Below, piece by piece: positions 1 to 11,684 of a DNA stretch of 64,000 bases. A program made the translations under genes and the position numbers. Below the pieces are notes generated by a model. The model was not told the DNA's origin and ran no database searches. It worked only from the letters and a program-made list of their open reading frames with translations. Source of the stretch: Eledone cirrhosa (lineage: Eukaryota). The first letter of the stretch is position 1; every line of letters starts with the position of its first letter. The stretch spans positions 264,306,001 through 264,370,000 of the forward strand of contig OZ024741.1 of assembly GCA_964016885.1 (NCBI GenBank). Direction: 5' to 3'.

Positions 1-39
1 TTCCTTGTAAACAAATCGAATATTATTATTATTCGATAT

Positions 40-143
40 AAAAATCAGTTTAATATCTATGGCCCCATATTGGGACCGACTGTATCAGATATAAACTGAT
101 AAGAACAGATACTACACTTTGATCTTAGCCAAAATGCCGAGAA
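40..143 (-). pseudogene. U2: U2 snRNA 5' fragment (about nt 6 to the Sm site), retrocopy
   Basis: Reverse complement reads TTCTCGGCATTTTGGCTAAGATCAAAGTGTAGTATCTGTTCTTATCAGTTTATATCTGATAC...GGTCCCAATATGGGGCC...AACTGATTTTT: U2 stem I, branch-point recognition GTAGTA, stems IIa/IIb and Sm site. The 3' stem-loops are missing. Confidence 0.93.
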
Positions 144-419
144 TGGCCCATGTGAGTGGGCCTACTCTGATCATGCGCTTGTAAGTGGATGAATTTGAGG
201 AGGAGAGGGGTGCTCTCGAATCGTCGGGTGGTTCAGGATTGGTGGGGTACCCGAGTGAACCCTGGATGGTTATCCCCCTATTGGGGAATTTTCCTTATTG
301 TATTTTCATTGTTATTTATATTGTTTACACGTTGTATATGTAAACCCCCACTGTCCCTGTCTTTTGTATTGTCTCCTATATGTCGGCCCTTGTGGCCAAT
401 AAATGAAACCATTATTATT
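143..419 (+). mobile_element. 5'-truncated 3' end of a Tx1-type L1 LINE
   Basis: Encodes MAHVSGPTLIMRL*, matching the ORF2 end at 14997-15038 (MARVNGPTLSMCL*). Shares 3' UTR motifs CCCC(CT)ATTGGGGAATTTT and CCCTTGTGGC-AATAAA-GAAA and the (ATT)n tail. Confidence 0.85.
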
Positions 420-427
420 CAATATAT

Positions 428-620
428 GGCGGTGGAGTGGCAGTATCGGTAGAGGGTCGGGCGCCATGCTTTGACGCATAGAGTTACGGTCCTTGCCATT
501 CTGAGTTCGAATCCCGTCGAGGTTTACTTTGCCTTTCATCCTTACGGGGTCGATAAAATAAAGTACCAGTAATGCACTGGGTAATTGCTGGCCTTGTGCC
601 AAAAGTAGAAACAATTATTA
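428..620 (+). mobile_element. tRNA-derived SINE (Meta/MESC-like central domain)
   Basis: A box TGGCAGTATCGG, B box GAGTTCGAATCCC, core GCCTTTCATCCTTACGGGGTCGATAAAATAAAGTACCAG, ATT tail; several other copies in the window. The domain name is from recall. Confidence 0.88.
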
Positions 621-1299
621 TTCGATATAAAACTCACGAATGCAATCATTTTTGTTTCAAATTTGGATAGAGCATACTTTGTAACGATATTTTCAATGGA
701 AGTACATAGAAAGTTTGAATATTAATCAACCGTCGAACAATTTGATTTGAAGTAAAGTAAAATGAAATTAGGGTGCCAATATTCGTATCTTTTGTTTTTC
801 AATAATGGTTAAAAAACATAAAAGAATTTAAAAAAAATATCTAAACAATAAAGACAATAAGTGAAGCTAGTTTGCAGTAGAGGCCCATTTGAACATTGTT
901 ACATAACTAATAGTTAGCTTCTGTTGAAATGTCACATAGTTGAGTAATTGGTCAAATCTACGAGATTACTACACTTATTCTACTGTCTCAGATATTTCTC
1001 ACCCGACCCTTCTAAACAGGTTAAATACTTTCTGGCACACAACAGCAAACATTAACATATAAGCAGTAAGTAGTCTTTGTTTACACACTCAAACGCATGT
1101 CAGAAAAGACAGATAGAAAGGAAGACAACACAACAACAGACATATCTACACACACGCCCAAATACATATATTATGTATACACACACACACACATATATAT
1201 AAATATATATATATATATATTTATTTACGTACGTATAGCACGGAGTGCATATGCATAAACACACACGTTATATTTTGACGGTATTGTATTAGCTCAATG

Positions 1300-4130
1300 T
1301 ACGAGAACAGAGCCGAACCTAGGTTTACACTAAAAGATCACAAGGAAGACTTTATTAGCAACCCCTCTGTTAGATTGATTAGCCCATCTAAGTCGGACAT
1401 AGGGATCATAAGTAAGAAGATTTTGGACAGAGTCATTCCGGTAATTAGAAATAAAATTTACCTTAACCTGTGGAGGAATACGGATGAAGTGATTAAATAG
1501 TTCTCCAGCATTAGTAACCATAAATCCCTTATGTTTGTCCAGTTTGATATTGATTCATATTACACATCTATATCTCCCATCCTTTTGAATAAGGCCCTCA
1601 TCATGGTCATGCAGAATAGTGATCTAACCAGATCCCAAGTTGATATCATTTTAGCCGCACGTAAAACTTTAATCCTTTTTGAGGAACAATTATGGACACG
1701 GAAAAACACAACTAACAACTTTGATATCACAATGGGATCTGGTGATTCTGCCCAAGTAACTGATTTAGTCGGACTTTACCTACTCCATGAGCTGCATAAG
1801 GCACTTCCATATCTTCGCGGAGGTTTATACCGAGACGACGCCCTCCTTACCCTTGAGCATAAAAAATATAAACTTGATAGGACAAAGAAGGACCTGCGTA
1901 AATTTTATAAAGGTTTTAACCTTAGTATAACTATAGATAAGAATAATTGTTTCTACTTTTGGCACAAGGCCAGCAATTATCCCAGTGCATTACTGAAGAA
2001 TAATAGAACAGTGAACTTCTTAGATGTAAGACTTGACCTATAAAATAAGATTTTCACACCTTATAAACCTAATGAGAGACTAACATATGTGAATGCTAAT
2101 TCCAACCATCCTAAATCAGTACTGAATGCTATTATTAAAGGAGTATCTAATAGAATTAGCCGTTTATCTTGTAATGAGGGAATTTTCAACTCTAATGTGG
2201 ATTATTATAACGAGGCACTGGCTAAGTCTGGCTATAGGAATAAACTATTTTACGTAGCTACTAGCTTCCAATCAACCCATGCGGGACATAATAGTATTAT
2301 CACGCACAATATGTCTTTGAATAATAATAGTAATAGTAATAGGACTTTGGATAAGACCCATACGGTGATTAATTCAGCCCGGCCCAGATTGACTGGCCCT
2401 GCTGTACATCCTCCACATACTCCTACTGGTTACACTAATAGCGGTGTGTTGAGATCTAGAACCTATTCGCATGGTGGTGATCTTAGAGGGCGTGTTGACC
2501 AAAATAATGCGAGAGTTTCACAGCAGGTATATAGTGGCACTGGATTTGTAGGCGGTGGGGGGATTGGTAGTTCTAATATTAACCGGACTGTAGTGGGGAA
2601 AAATAGAAAAAATAGAAGAAGAATGAACACTTTCTTTAACCCGCCATACAACTCTGAAGTCTTAACTAACATTCCCAAAACCTTCTTCTTAATCCCAGAA
2701 AAGAATTTCCCGCCTGGCAGTAGATACCATAGTATATTTAATAAAAATACGATTAAATTATCTTACTCCACTACCCCAAACTTGGCTTACCACCTAGCAC
2801 GTACTAATAATAGGAAAATTAGAGTAGGATTCGAGGATATCAAATCTGTAAATAACCACCAACAACCTAACACATTGGCTAATGAGGCACCTGAGGTTGC
2901 TAACAACACCTCGGGAGAGCACATTCCATGTCAGGAGGGTTTTAACAACCGGCCATCCCAAGGCAGGAACAACAGCACACACCGAAATTGTAATTGTAGA
3001 CGGAGTGAAAATTGCCCTTTAAAAGGAAATTGCCTCATGAAAAACATAGTTTATGCATGTGATGTTGTAACAGCAACCTCCACCAAAAGATACGTGGGCT
3101 TTACTTCTACATCATTCAAAACTAGATACAACTCCCACAATTATACATTTAGTTATAATAGGCTTAAGAATGCCACCTCCTTAGCTAAATATATTCATTT
3201 AAAAAAAAATGATAGTATAGATTATACACTCAATTGGAGGCTGGTGACTAAATCTACGTCCTACCGCCCCCGAGAAAAACTTGTAACCTGTGCCTTCTAG
3301 AGTCTCACGCCATAATATACGCTAAATGTGTGCTCAATAGGAAATCGGAGATATTCTCTTCTTGTAGACACATGAACCTTAATTCCTTTCACCACTTTAA
3401 GCCAATTATTTAGATCTGCTGAAGAATCACTCCTCCCTATGCAGTACCACTGCAACACTATATTAACTTTCCGCCTCATTATTTCTAGTTCCTTAACCAA
3501 CTACTCTCCGCCCCTTGTGGATCCCCTCGGCGTGTGAGTTTGTTTAAAGTGGAGACTTCCGTTCCTTTGCATTTGCTGGTTGCCTGCCCGGCACACGGTG
3601 AGAATGTGTATATCCCCTAGGGTGACCACCATGTGTCTTTCACTGAGTGGCTTCCATTCAGCCACCGACCGCCATGGTTGAGTATTAGCACAAACCATCG
3701 ACCCCCAACTAGAGGGTTATTGGTGTTAGTGGACGTATGAATTTCCCCAATTATGGCAGAGTATTCTTACTTATTTATTTATTTATTTATTCATTTATTC
3801 TTATTTATTTATTTATTTATTTATTCATTTATTTATCTCTTTCATTGAGTACTTAGACCCTGTTAGTTACCATAACGTAATATGTACTGTCCCGCCTGAT
3901 GGGAATAGTACTATATCGTTTTGACAACCTATCGCTATTGTGAAGTAGGCAATTGAGCTACTTGCCCCACCTGGGATAGTCAAAATAACCATTTTGGGCA
4001 TTTCTAGTTCAACTGTTTGACCCTCCATGCTTTGGAACATGCGTGCACTGCCCACTCCCCACACCTGGTATTACGGGCCGTTCGTGCATGGGTTGTGGAC
4101 ACAATACTTGCACATTGGGATTATTGTAAC
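1300..4130 (+). mobile_element. Penelope-like element (Hydra-clade-like), 5'-truncated and disrupted RT + GIY-YIG, with long 3' UTR
   Basis: ORF pieces 1297-1500, 1531-2043 and 2089-3300 give LKDHK, QFDIDSYY, MGSGDSAQVTDLVG, GLYRDD, NFLD, SNHP, FNPPY, CNCRxxxxCPLxGxC, IVYAC...YVGFT. Stops at 1498 and 2041, frameshift near 3270. The 3' boundary is approximate. Confidence 0.9.
1948..1995 (-). mobile_element. 5'-truncated SINE tail inserted in the PLE RT
   Basis: Reverse complement of the SINE 3' end (CAGTAATGCACTGGG..AATTGCTGGCCTTGTGCCAAAAGTAGAAACA); TSD AAGAATAAT at 1939-1947 and 1996-2004. Confidence 0.9.
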
Positions 4131-4133
4131 TCC

Positions 4134-4750
4134 AAGGGCAATGATGGTTGCTAAACACTGTACGGCTTAATTCGAGATGTTTGTTTGTTTACAAACAAAC
4201 CGAGCATTATAATAAATGTTAGGTAAATCCATACGTACATATATATATGTGTGCGTGTATGTATATATATATACATACTACTGTACGTCTGTATACATAT
4301 ATGTATGTACGTATACATACTTATATTTAAGTAACAGCCGTACTAAGAGTGAGAAATAAATTTCGTTTCATTTTTTCCATTTATCGTTTTCGGTGCACCC
4401 GGCCGATTAACTCACTCGATATGCAAATTAGGCTGCTCAGCCGTTAATATGCATAAGGAAAGTATATACTTTCAGACGTTCAATCATCTGGCAGGAAGGT
4501 ATACGGTGCTGACGATAGCTAATAAGCTTGAAACTAGTACATCGTTCCTTTGTCAGTGTTGAACAAAAGGGCAACGATGGTTGCTAAACACTGTACGGCT
4601 TAATTCGGGATGTTTGTTTACAAACAAACCGAACATTATAATAAATGTTCGGTAAACCCATACGTACATATATATATGTGTGCATGTATGTATATATATA
4701 ATTACTACTATACGTCTGTATACATATATGTATGTACGTATACATACTTA
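4134..4750 (+). mobile_element. Non-coding hammerhead-containing unit, terminally redundant (period about 433 bp), family A
   Basis: Direct repeat 4134-4325 / 4567-4750 (GATGGTTGCTAAACAC at 4143 and 4576), ends in (TA)n; partial second copy at 51615-51833. Confidence 0.7.
4504..4544 (+). ncRNA. Minimal type I hammerhead ribozyme
   Basis: CGGTG-CTGACGA-tagctaataagctt-GAAA-CTAG-TA-CATCG; the copy at 51711-51751 has a perfect stem I (CGATG/CATCG). Confidence 0.75.
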
Positions 4751-4768
4751 TATATATATATATGTATA

Positions 4769-4856
<88 letters not shown>

Positions 4857-4908
4857 TTTATATAAATATATTTGTATATATATACATACACACAAATATA
4901 TATATATG

Positions 4909-4959
4909 AGTTTCCGAAGATCTCGTTAAGGGTGAAAGCAGCGATTATTTGCTTAAACT
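4909..4959 (+). ncRNA. Hammerhead-like motif with CCGAAGA core
   Basis: AGTTT-CCGAAGA-tctcgttaagggt-GAAA-gca..tgc-TT-AAACT; related minus-strand copies near 32705-32752 and 36195-36247 have a CTGAAGA or CAGAAGA core. Confidence 0.5.
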
Positions 4960-4990
4960 TTAATTTGTTATTTAAATAAATATATATATA

Positions 4991-5038
<48 letters not shown>

Positions 5039-5196
5039 GGATTAACAAATAATAGTTAAATAATTCTGTATTGGCGATCGAGTAACGCAAAATTAAGCGA
5101 ATAGCGATCTCTAGACATACCAGTTCAGTGAAACAAATGTAAGCTATGTGATTAAAAACTTTTTTGTATAGCAAACCATGTAAACCTTCTTTCCTG

Positions 5197-5245
<49 letters not shown>

Positions 5246-5250
<5 letters not shown>

Positions 5251-5348
5251 GAAGTATTTCCATAGGAAAAGTAAAGGAAAAGAGAGTGCTCTATGTAGGC
5301 TAGAGCACTCTCTTTTCCTTTACCTTTCCTACGGAAATACTTCATTTA
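5246..5348. repeat. Fold-back palindrome (48-bp arms) next to (TA)n
   Basis: Arms 5246-5293 / 5301-5348, 7-nt loop, two mismatches. Confidence 0.9.
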
Positions 5349-5578
5349 AACAGCTCCCACCAGAAATGATTGAAGTATATTCTATATCTCATATATGATT
5401 GGTATCTTCCAGCTCGATAAGCTGAGCACTCTACAGTTTCAGAAAATTAACCAACATACACCATATATATCTATATATGTATGTATGTGTGTGTGTGTAT
5501 GAGTTTGTGTGTATGTAAATGTATATATATATATATATATATGCATATATGTGTGTGTATGAGTATGTGTGTGTGTGT

Positions 5579-5648
<70 letters not shown>

Positions 5649-5821
5649 GAAAAAGATAGACAGACAAAAAGAGAATAGGAATTGGGGATAAAAATGAGAG
5701 ATATTATGGAGAGTGAAATATTAGTTTTCTTGCTGGAGAGAAATGGAGAAATACCATTGGAGATTCTCCCGTTGACAGCGGGAATGGTCTCTAATCGAAA
5801 TATATGATAGAGAGCTAGCAG

Positions 5822-5902
<81 letters not shown>

Positions 5903-6058
5903 TTTCTGAATTTGTTTAGCAAGATTCTTTATCTGAAATCGTGTGTTGAAACCGATATTGTTATACTTTGCGCAAACTGAGCACATAACACACACACAGA
6001 AACAAAATGGCGTAGGATAGAAGAAAGGAAAGGCACAGAAACAAAGAAAGGAATCCCC

Positions 6059-6103
6059 AGTCACTGAAGAGGTCACAGAGTGTGTGACGAAAGGACTATG
6101 ACT
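6059..6103 (+). ncRNA. Minimal type I hammerhead in a solo PLE 3' end (about 5900-6265)
   Basis: AGTCA-CTGAAGA-G-GTCACA-gagtg-TGTGAC-GAAA-GGAC-TA-TGACT; the region is homologous to the reverse complement of 18530-18770, the 3' end of the PLE at 18530-20376. Confidence 0.75.
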
Positions 6104-6261
6104 ATATATAAACAACTATCTGGTTGTGGAACCAACCAACCAACCAGAAATTTATAAGTTTGTAAATTTGTAAATTTATAAATTTATAAATATATAATAA
6201 ATTGAAGTGAAAGCAACTGGTGCGTGTGTTTCTTATTGGCAACATGACCCTCCCAAAGTAT

Positions 6262-6296
<35 letters not shown>

Positions 6297-6301
6297 TACC
6301 T

Positions 6302-6620
<319 letters not shown>

Positions 6621-7176
6621 TATATATATATATATACAAATTTTAGTACAGCATCAACGAAGCTTTTGGTAGCAGCCAAGCTAACGAATGCAGTCTCGGT
6701 GTACAGCTAAGCACTCAATGGAGAATATTACCCCAGAGTTATAACATTACGTTTAGACAGCTTTGCAAATCAAATACAGCGACCGATAGCGACGAAAAGA
6801 ACTGAACTCAGGAAAAATTTTTGACTGACCTGGACCATCGCGTAGACATTACATGCAACACATAATGTATACTATACAATATACATCACATACAACATAC
6901 AACATCTATATGTGTGTGTGTATGTGTGTGTATGTGTCAGATGGTAGCTAAGATGCTTCCATAGGCGGTATGCCAGTTGAGCACTCTATGCTCTTACAGA
7001 GCAGAGTATGATAGAATAGTAAACGAAAAACCAGTGATGCATCTGAATTCAATTTATTGTGTGCTACAATTGTTTCGCCGGCGGACAGCTCGAGACGCGA
7101 TCATTGTGTGGATCTGTCTGATTCTGGACCCGCAAGTTCGACGGACACGTCTAATGATTTCGGAGCATATTCTCTC

Positions 7177-7223
<47 letters not shown>

Positions 7224-7941
7224 TACTGAATTCATTCGCCAAATATAGGGGTTCCCTCCCTTGCTGGACTCCACGTGCGTTTAGTAACGGGTCCCTCTGT
7301 ATTTTTGAACGAAATGCCTGCTGAAAAAGCAGTTTCCTCGTTCGTCTCTTTACCAGAAGTCAGATATTTTTTTTTATGTGGGCTGACGGTAATTGATTAA
7401 GGAACTGCAGAAACCCCAAAAGCTAGAATTTAACATCCTTCTAGCGGGTCCAGGTAAGATTTTACATTCATTTAATTTATTAATTTATTATTTGTGTGAC
7501 CCGAATTTTCTGGTCGTTTTTTCGGCTGTAAGAATGATTTTAAGCATTGTCTCTATGTGTTGGTATTTAAACGATAGTTATAGCTCTGGTTTATCCAAAC
7601 TATTGAGCCCTCTGCCATACATGTCGAAGATTGTGTTTCGTTATTTCGTGGGCCGAGATTCCGATTCTCGATTATTTACTTATATATATATATATTCAAG
7701 TAAGGATATTTTCGAAACAGCGAGTTGGTTTGAAATTATTAGAAATGTAAGCTGTCGCCGTATTTTGACTAAAGAAATTAAAGAAATTATTTAGCCTGAT
7801 AGTGGGGTTAGGAACCCTCAGAGAAATGGAAAAAAATGAGTATTGACGTACAAATTAATTTTCACATATTTATTCAGAGAGGAGAATTTATTTCTCTGTA
7901 GTGTCTGTCCTTCTTTCTCTGTTAATAGTTTGGATTTGACT

Positions 7942-7989
<48 letters not shown>

Positions 7990-7993
<4 letters not shown>

Positions 7994-8280
7994 TAAACGG
8001 AATAGAAAATGCTGACAAATTGTTCACAGTTGAAAAATGGTTTAATTAGGAATAAAAGAGTATTAGTGATTGTATGGGTTAGTATTCAGTTGTGGTTTTA
8101 AGTTTTTAAGTTTTTACCGGTTGCGCATTTCTAAATGCTTTTCAAAAATAATTTTTTGCTCCAGCAAAAATTATTGGTCAAAACAATTTTGATTGGTCGG
8201 TAGAGGTCATGTGGATAAAAAATTGGTTTTGCGCCAAGATTGAGAAATGACTCTTTCACAACAAATATGTGTGTGTGTGT

Positions 8281-8338
<58 letters not shown>

Positions 8339-8543
8339 TAGTAGTAGTAAGGTGTTCGATGCTGCGACACACACACACTTCTCCGTATAAGACAAAAGCT
8401 GAAAAATATCTTTTGACCTTCGAATGACTCTGCTGTGTGTATGTACGCACACACACACACACACACACACACTTATCTTAATAGCCATTTGACACACATC
8501 GCTGCTGGCTATTGTCGCAGCATCGAACACCTTACTACTACTA

Positions 8544-8609
<66 letters not shown>

Positions 8610-9090
8610 TTGTTGTGAAAGAGTCATTTCTCAATCTTGGCGCAAAACCAATTTTTTATCCACATGACCTCTACCGACCAATCAAAATTGTTTTGACCAA
8701 TAATTTTTGCTGGAGCCACTTTTCTAACATTTTAACATAAAAACAGTCTTGGCGCAAAATCAACTTTTTACATTCACATGACCTCTACCGACCAATCAAA
8801 ATTGTTTTGACCACAAGCATTTTTGCAACACAAAAATAACGCTGGAGCCATTTTTTTAACATAAAAACAGGTAGAATTCCCAAAACTAATCAGATCAGAG
8901 CAAACAGCACGGACACTCTATCTCAAAATTATTTTTGAAAAGCATTTAGAAATGCGCAACCGGTAAAAACTTAAAAACTTAAAACCACAACTGAATACTA
9001 ACCCATACAATCACTAATACTCTTTTATTCCTAATTAAACCATTTTTCAACTGTGAACAATTTGTCAGCATTTTCTATTCCGTTTACTAA
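7990..9090. mobile_element. Inverted duplication of a PLE 3' UTR/pLTR
   Basis: 7990-8370 is the reverse complement of parts of 8515-9090; 8375-9090 is homologous to 22550-23340, which lies downstream of a GIY-YIG ORF. Hammerhead-like motif at 8932-8969. Confidence 0.75.
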
Positions 9091-9125
9091 TATATAATAA
9101 CTTGTGTGTTACACCTCTATTCTTT

Positions 9126-9169
<44 letters not shown>

Positions 9170-9268
9170 AGTAAAATCCAAACTATTAACAGAAAAAGAA
9201 GGACAGACACTACAGAGAAATGAACTCTCCTCTCTGAATATATATGTGAAAATTAATTTTTCTTCCCC

Positions 9269-9309
<41 letters not shown>

Positions 9310-10031
9310 GAATACCATGGTTGACGGAGGCTCGGCTTTGTAAGGTATAGTAATTTTTAACCGCTATAACAATTGTAAATTGTTTAAAACTTGAACCAAA
9401 TTGTAGATAAAAACACCCTCCTCCTCGCGAGAAGGGTCTTTCTGCCCGTTATTTGGCCCTTCGGGGTTAAATAACCGCTTATTGGGGTTTTGTGCCCAAT
9501 ATTCATTTTAAACTAAAAAAAAAAACATGGCTACAAAAAAGAATTTTCACAAGTCACTCCCACTCTTTCTGTCTTCTTCTTCCTCAATCGTCATTACATC
9601 AGAGATAAGATTGTCTCTCCCCGTCCTTTCTCTAAATGTGGTGTCACCTTTTTCGCAAGCGACGCCATTAAATAAAAAGAAATATATAGTTTCTGGTAGC
9701 TTTCACCAAGAGAACGTGCATTCCGTGGAACATTTCTCCACGACGACGAAAACGACGAAAAATGTGTGCGGTAAATATGGAAAGCCATTTCATTCGTCTG
9801 ACGTCATGAAGAATAGCAGCAGCAGCAACATTGACAAGGAAAATACTAGTAGCAGCCGCAACAACAGCAGCAGCAGCAGCATAAACAACAGCAGCAGCAT
9901 AAACAACAACAGCAACAACAACAGCAGCAGCAGCAACAACAACAACAACAACCACAGCAACAGCGGCGGCGGCGGTCGCAGTATCAGCAGCAACAACAAA
10001 AGTAACAGCAGCTCTGACGACAACAACAACA

Positions 10032-11453
10032 ATGAAAGAAAAATCAATCTTGTTTGCAGGTATCGCAAAGAACCTGGAAACCATCCTTATAACAAATGAG
10101 GAATTACAGGAAGCAAAGAAGATGATGACGAAAACCGGACACCGAGTAATCTGCAAGGCAGCCGAAAAAATTTTCGAAACCCAACAGCACTGTACGGACA
10201 CGTACCATACAGTAAGCACAAAATCGCGTAGGGTTGAAAAAGCCACAGAGGCTCAAATACAAAAAAGCCTTAGGATCTGTGTGGCAGCGGAAAACGCAAG
10301 AAATATGCCACCGTGGACGTACTTTTTGCCACACCCCAGGAGGCAAAGGCTCAATCCTTAGTGACCCTAAGGAGCGAGGAAATGGTGTTGGTGCCCTCCT
10401 ACTGCGGGCAAAAAATTGTGAGGGTCAAACTGACCCCCTCCCCTCCCCCGGGATGGCCCCTTCTTGGCTGGCCGCGTCTGTCCTCGTCGGAATCGAGGAC
10501 AAAACAACTGTACTGCAAGTACAGAAAAAAGTACGAGAAGATTGGGTAGGCACCTCCATTGAGATGTTAATTCAAACCAACCAGGAGTGCATCGAAGCTA
10601 TCCCGGATGTGATAGACTTCGATAATGGCACTCAACTGCCCATAAGTGTTGAGGGAAAACGCCCGAAATGCTTTCGCTGTGGGTAGAAGACTCACCTCAG
10701 GGTCTTCTGGAATGAGAAGACCCTGAGAAAGGAGAAAACCCCCCTCCTTCCGAACCGGCTCCACTGCTACCAGCAACAGGACAGGCGGCAAGCAGGAAGA
10801 ATAAGTCCGTGGCACCCATACCCACACCACGGAAATCAAGAACAACAGCAGCAGTGGAAGTATTAACAACAACAACAGTAATACCAACTGCAGCTGCAAC
10901 AGAGACTCCACTACAACCATCACCAACAAGAACAAGTGAAAGAATGGAGCTGGTATCCCTCCCTGACCTCACAGAATCGGACATGGAGTGTGAGGTGAGA
11001 GAGGGATGGCAAAAGGTCGCAAGAAGGTTCAAATGCAGAAGTAGCGCATCGTCGCCTACGAAAGGGGAGGAAAGAAATGAAAAAAGGGTAAAGGCTACTG
11101 CAAAGAGACTTACAGCAGCAACACCACCAACACCATCACCACCCACACTAGCACCACCATCACCACTGGCGGCAACCCCACCGACAAAAACAACACCTTC
11201 AACACTACCACCACAAGCACCAACATCGCAAATACAACAACAAAACACACACACCCTGCAACAACGACAAGAAAATAGCAGAACCACACCCCACACCCAG
11301 AAAAAGAAATGCACAGCAATAAATACACACAACAAGAAACTAATGACTCACATAATTGAACACACAGACATTTCACAGCACGACTACATAATACCAGCAC
11401 CAATCAAAACACCAACGAACATAAAACTGGTAAGAATAGCACAGAAACAATAG
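10032..11453 (+). pseudogene. LINE ORF1 (gag-like, CCHC knuckle, T/P-rich tail), frameshifted
   Basis: ORF pieces 10032-10361, 10234-10686 and 10809-11453; VEGKRPKCFRCG*KTH zinc-knuckle remnant typical of Tx1 ORF1. Confidence 0.7.
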
Positions 11454-11684
11454 ACAAACATGAAAGATCAATTCACCAACGCAGTTGGTGATTTCAGAAA
11501 CCTATGAGGGACACTCAATCGGAGAGTATATTCGGATATACTCACAGAAGAGCCGACGACCAGCCGAAGGGACGATTCAACAGTCCCTTCACCAGACGAT
11601 CAAGTGAAAAGGGATGGAGAAACGATCCTTCCTCTACGAGAAGTAAGGTAAGTGGTCTTTCCCATCTTTTCCAACCATTTCAAC

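Noticed and set aside
40-143. Functional U2 gene, or Keno/Utopia-type insertion into a U2 gene
   Set aside because: U2 lacks its first nucleotides and 3' half, is antisense to the LINE and is joined at its 5' end rather than split at an internal target.
428-520. tRNA gene
   Set aside because: The A and B boxes belong to a SINE head; there is no cloverleaf and the sequence continues into the SINE core.
4584-5174. ORFs rich in [24 protein letters not shown] or RERERE (here and throughout)
   Set aside because: Translations of dinucleotide microsatellites.
9668-11403. Minus-strand poly-Ala/Val/Leu ORFs
   Set aside because: Antisense shadows of trinucleotide-rich LINE sequence.
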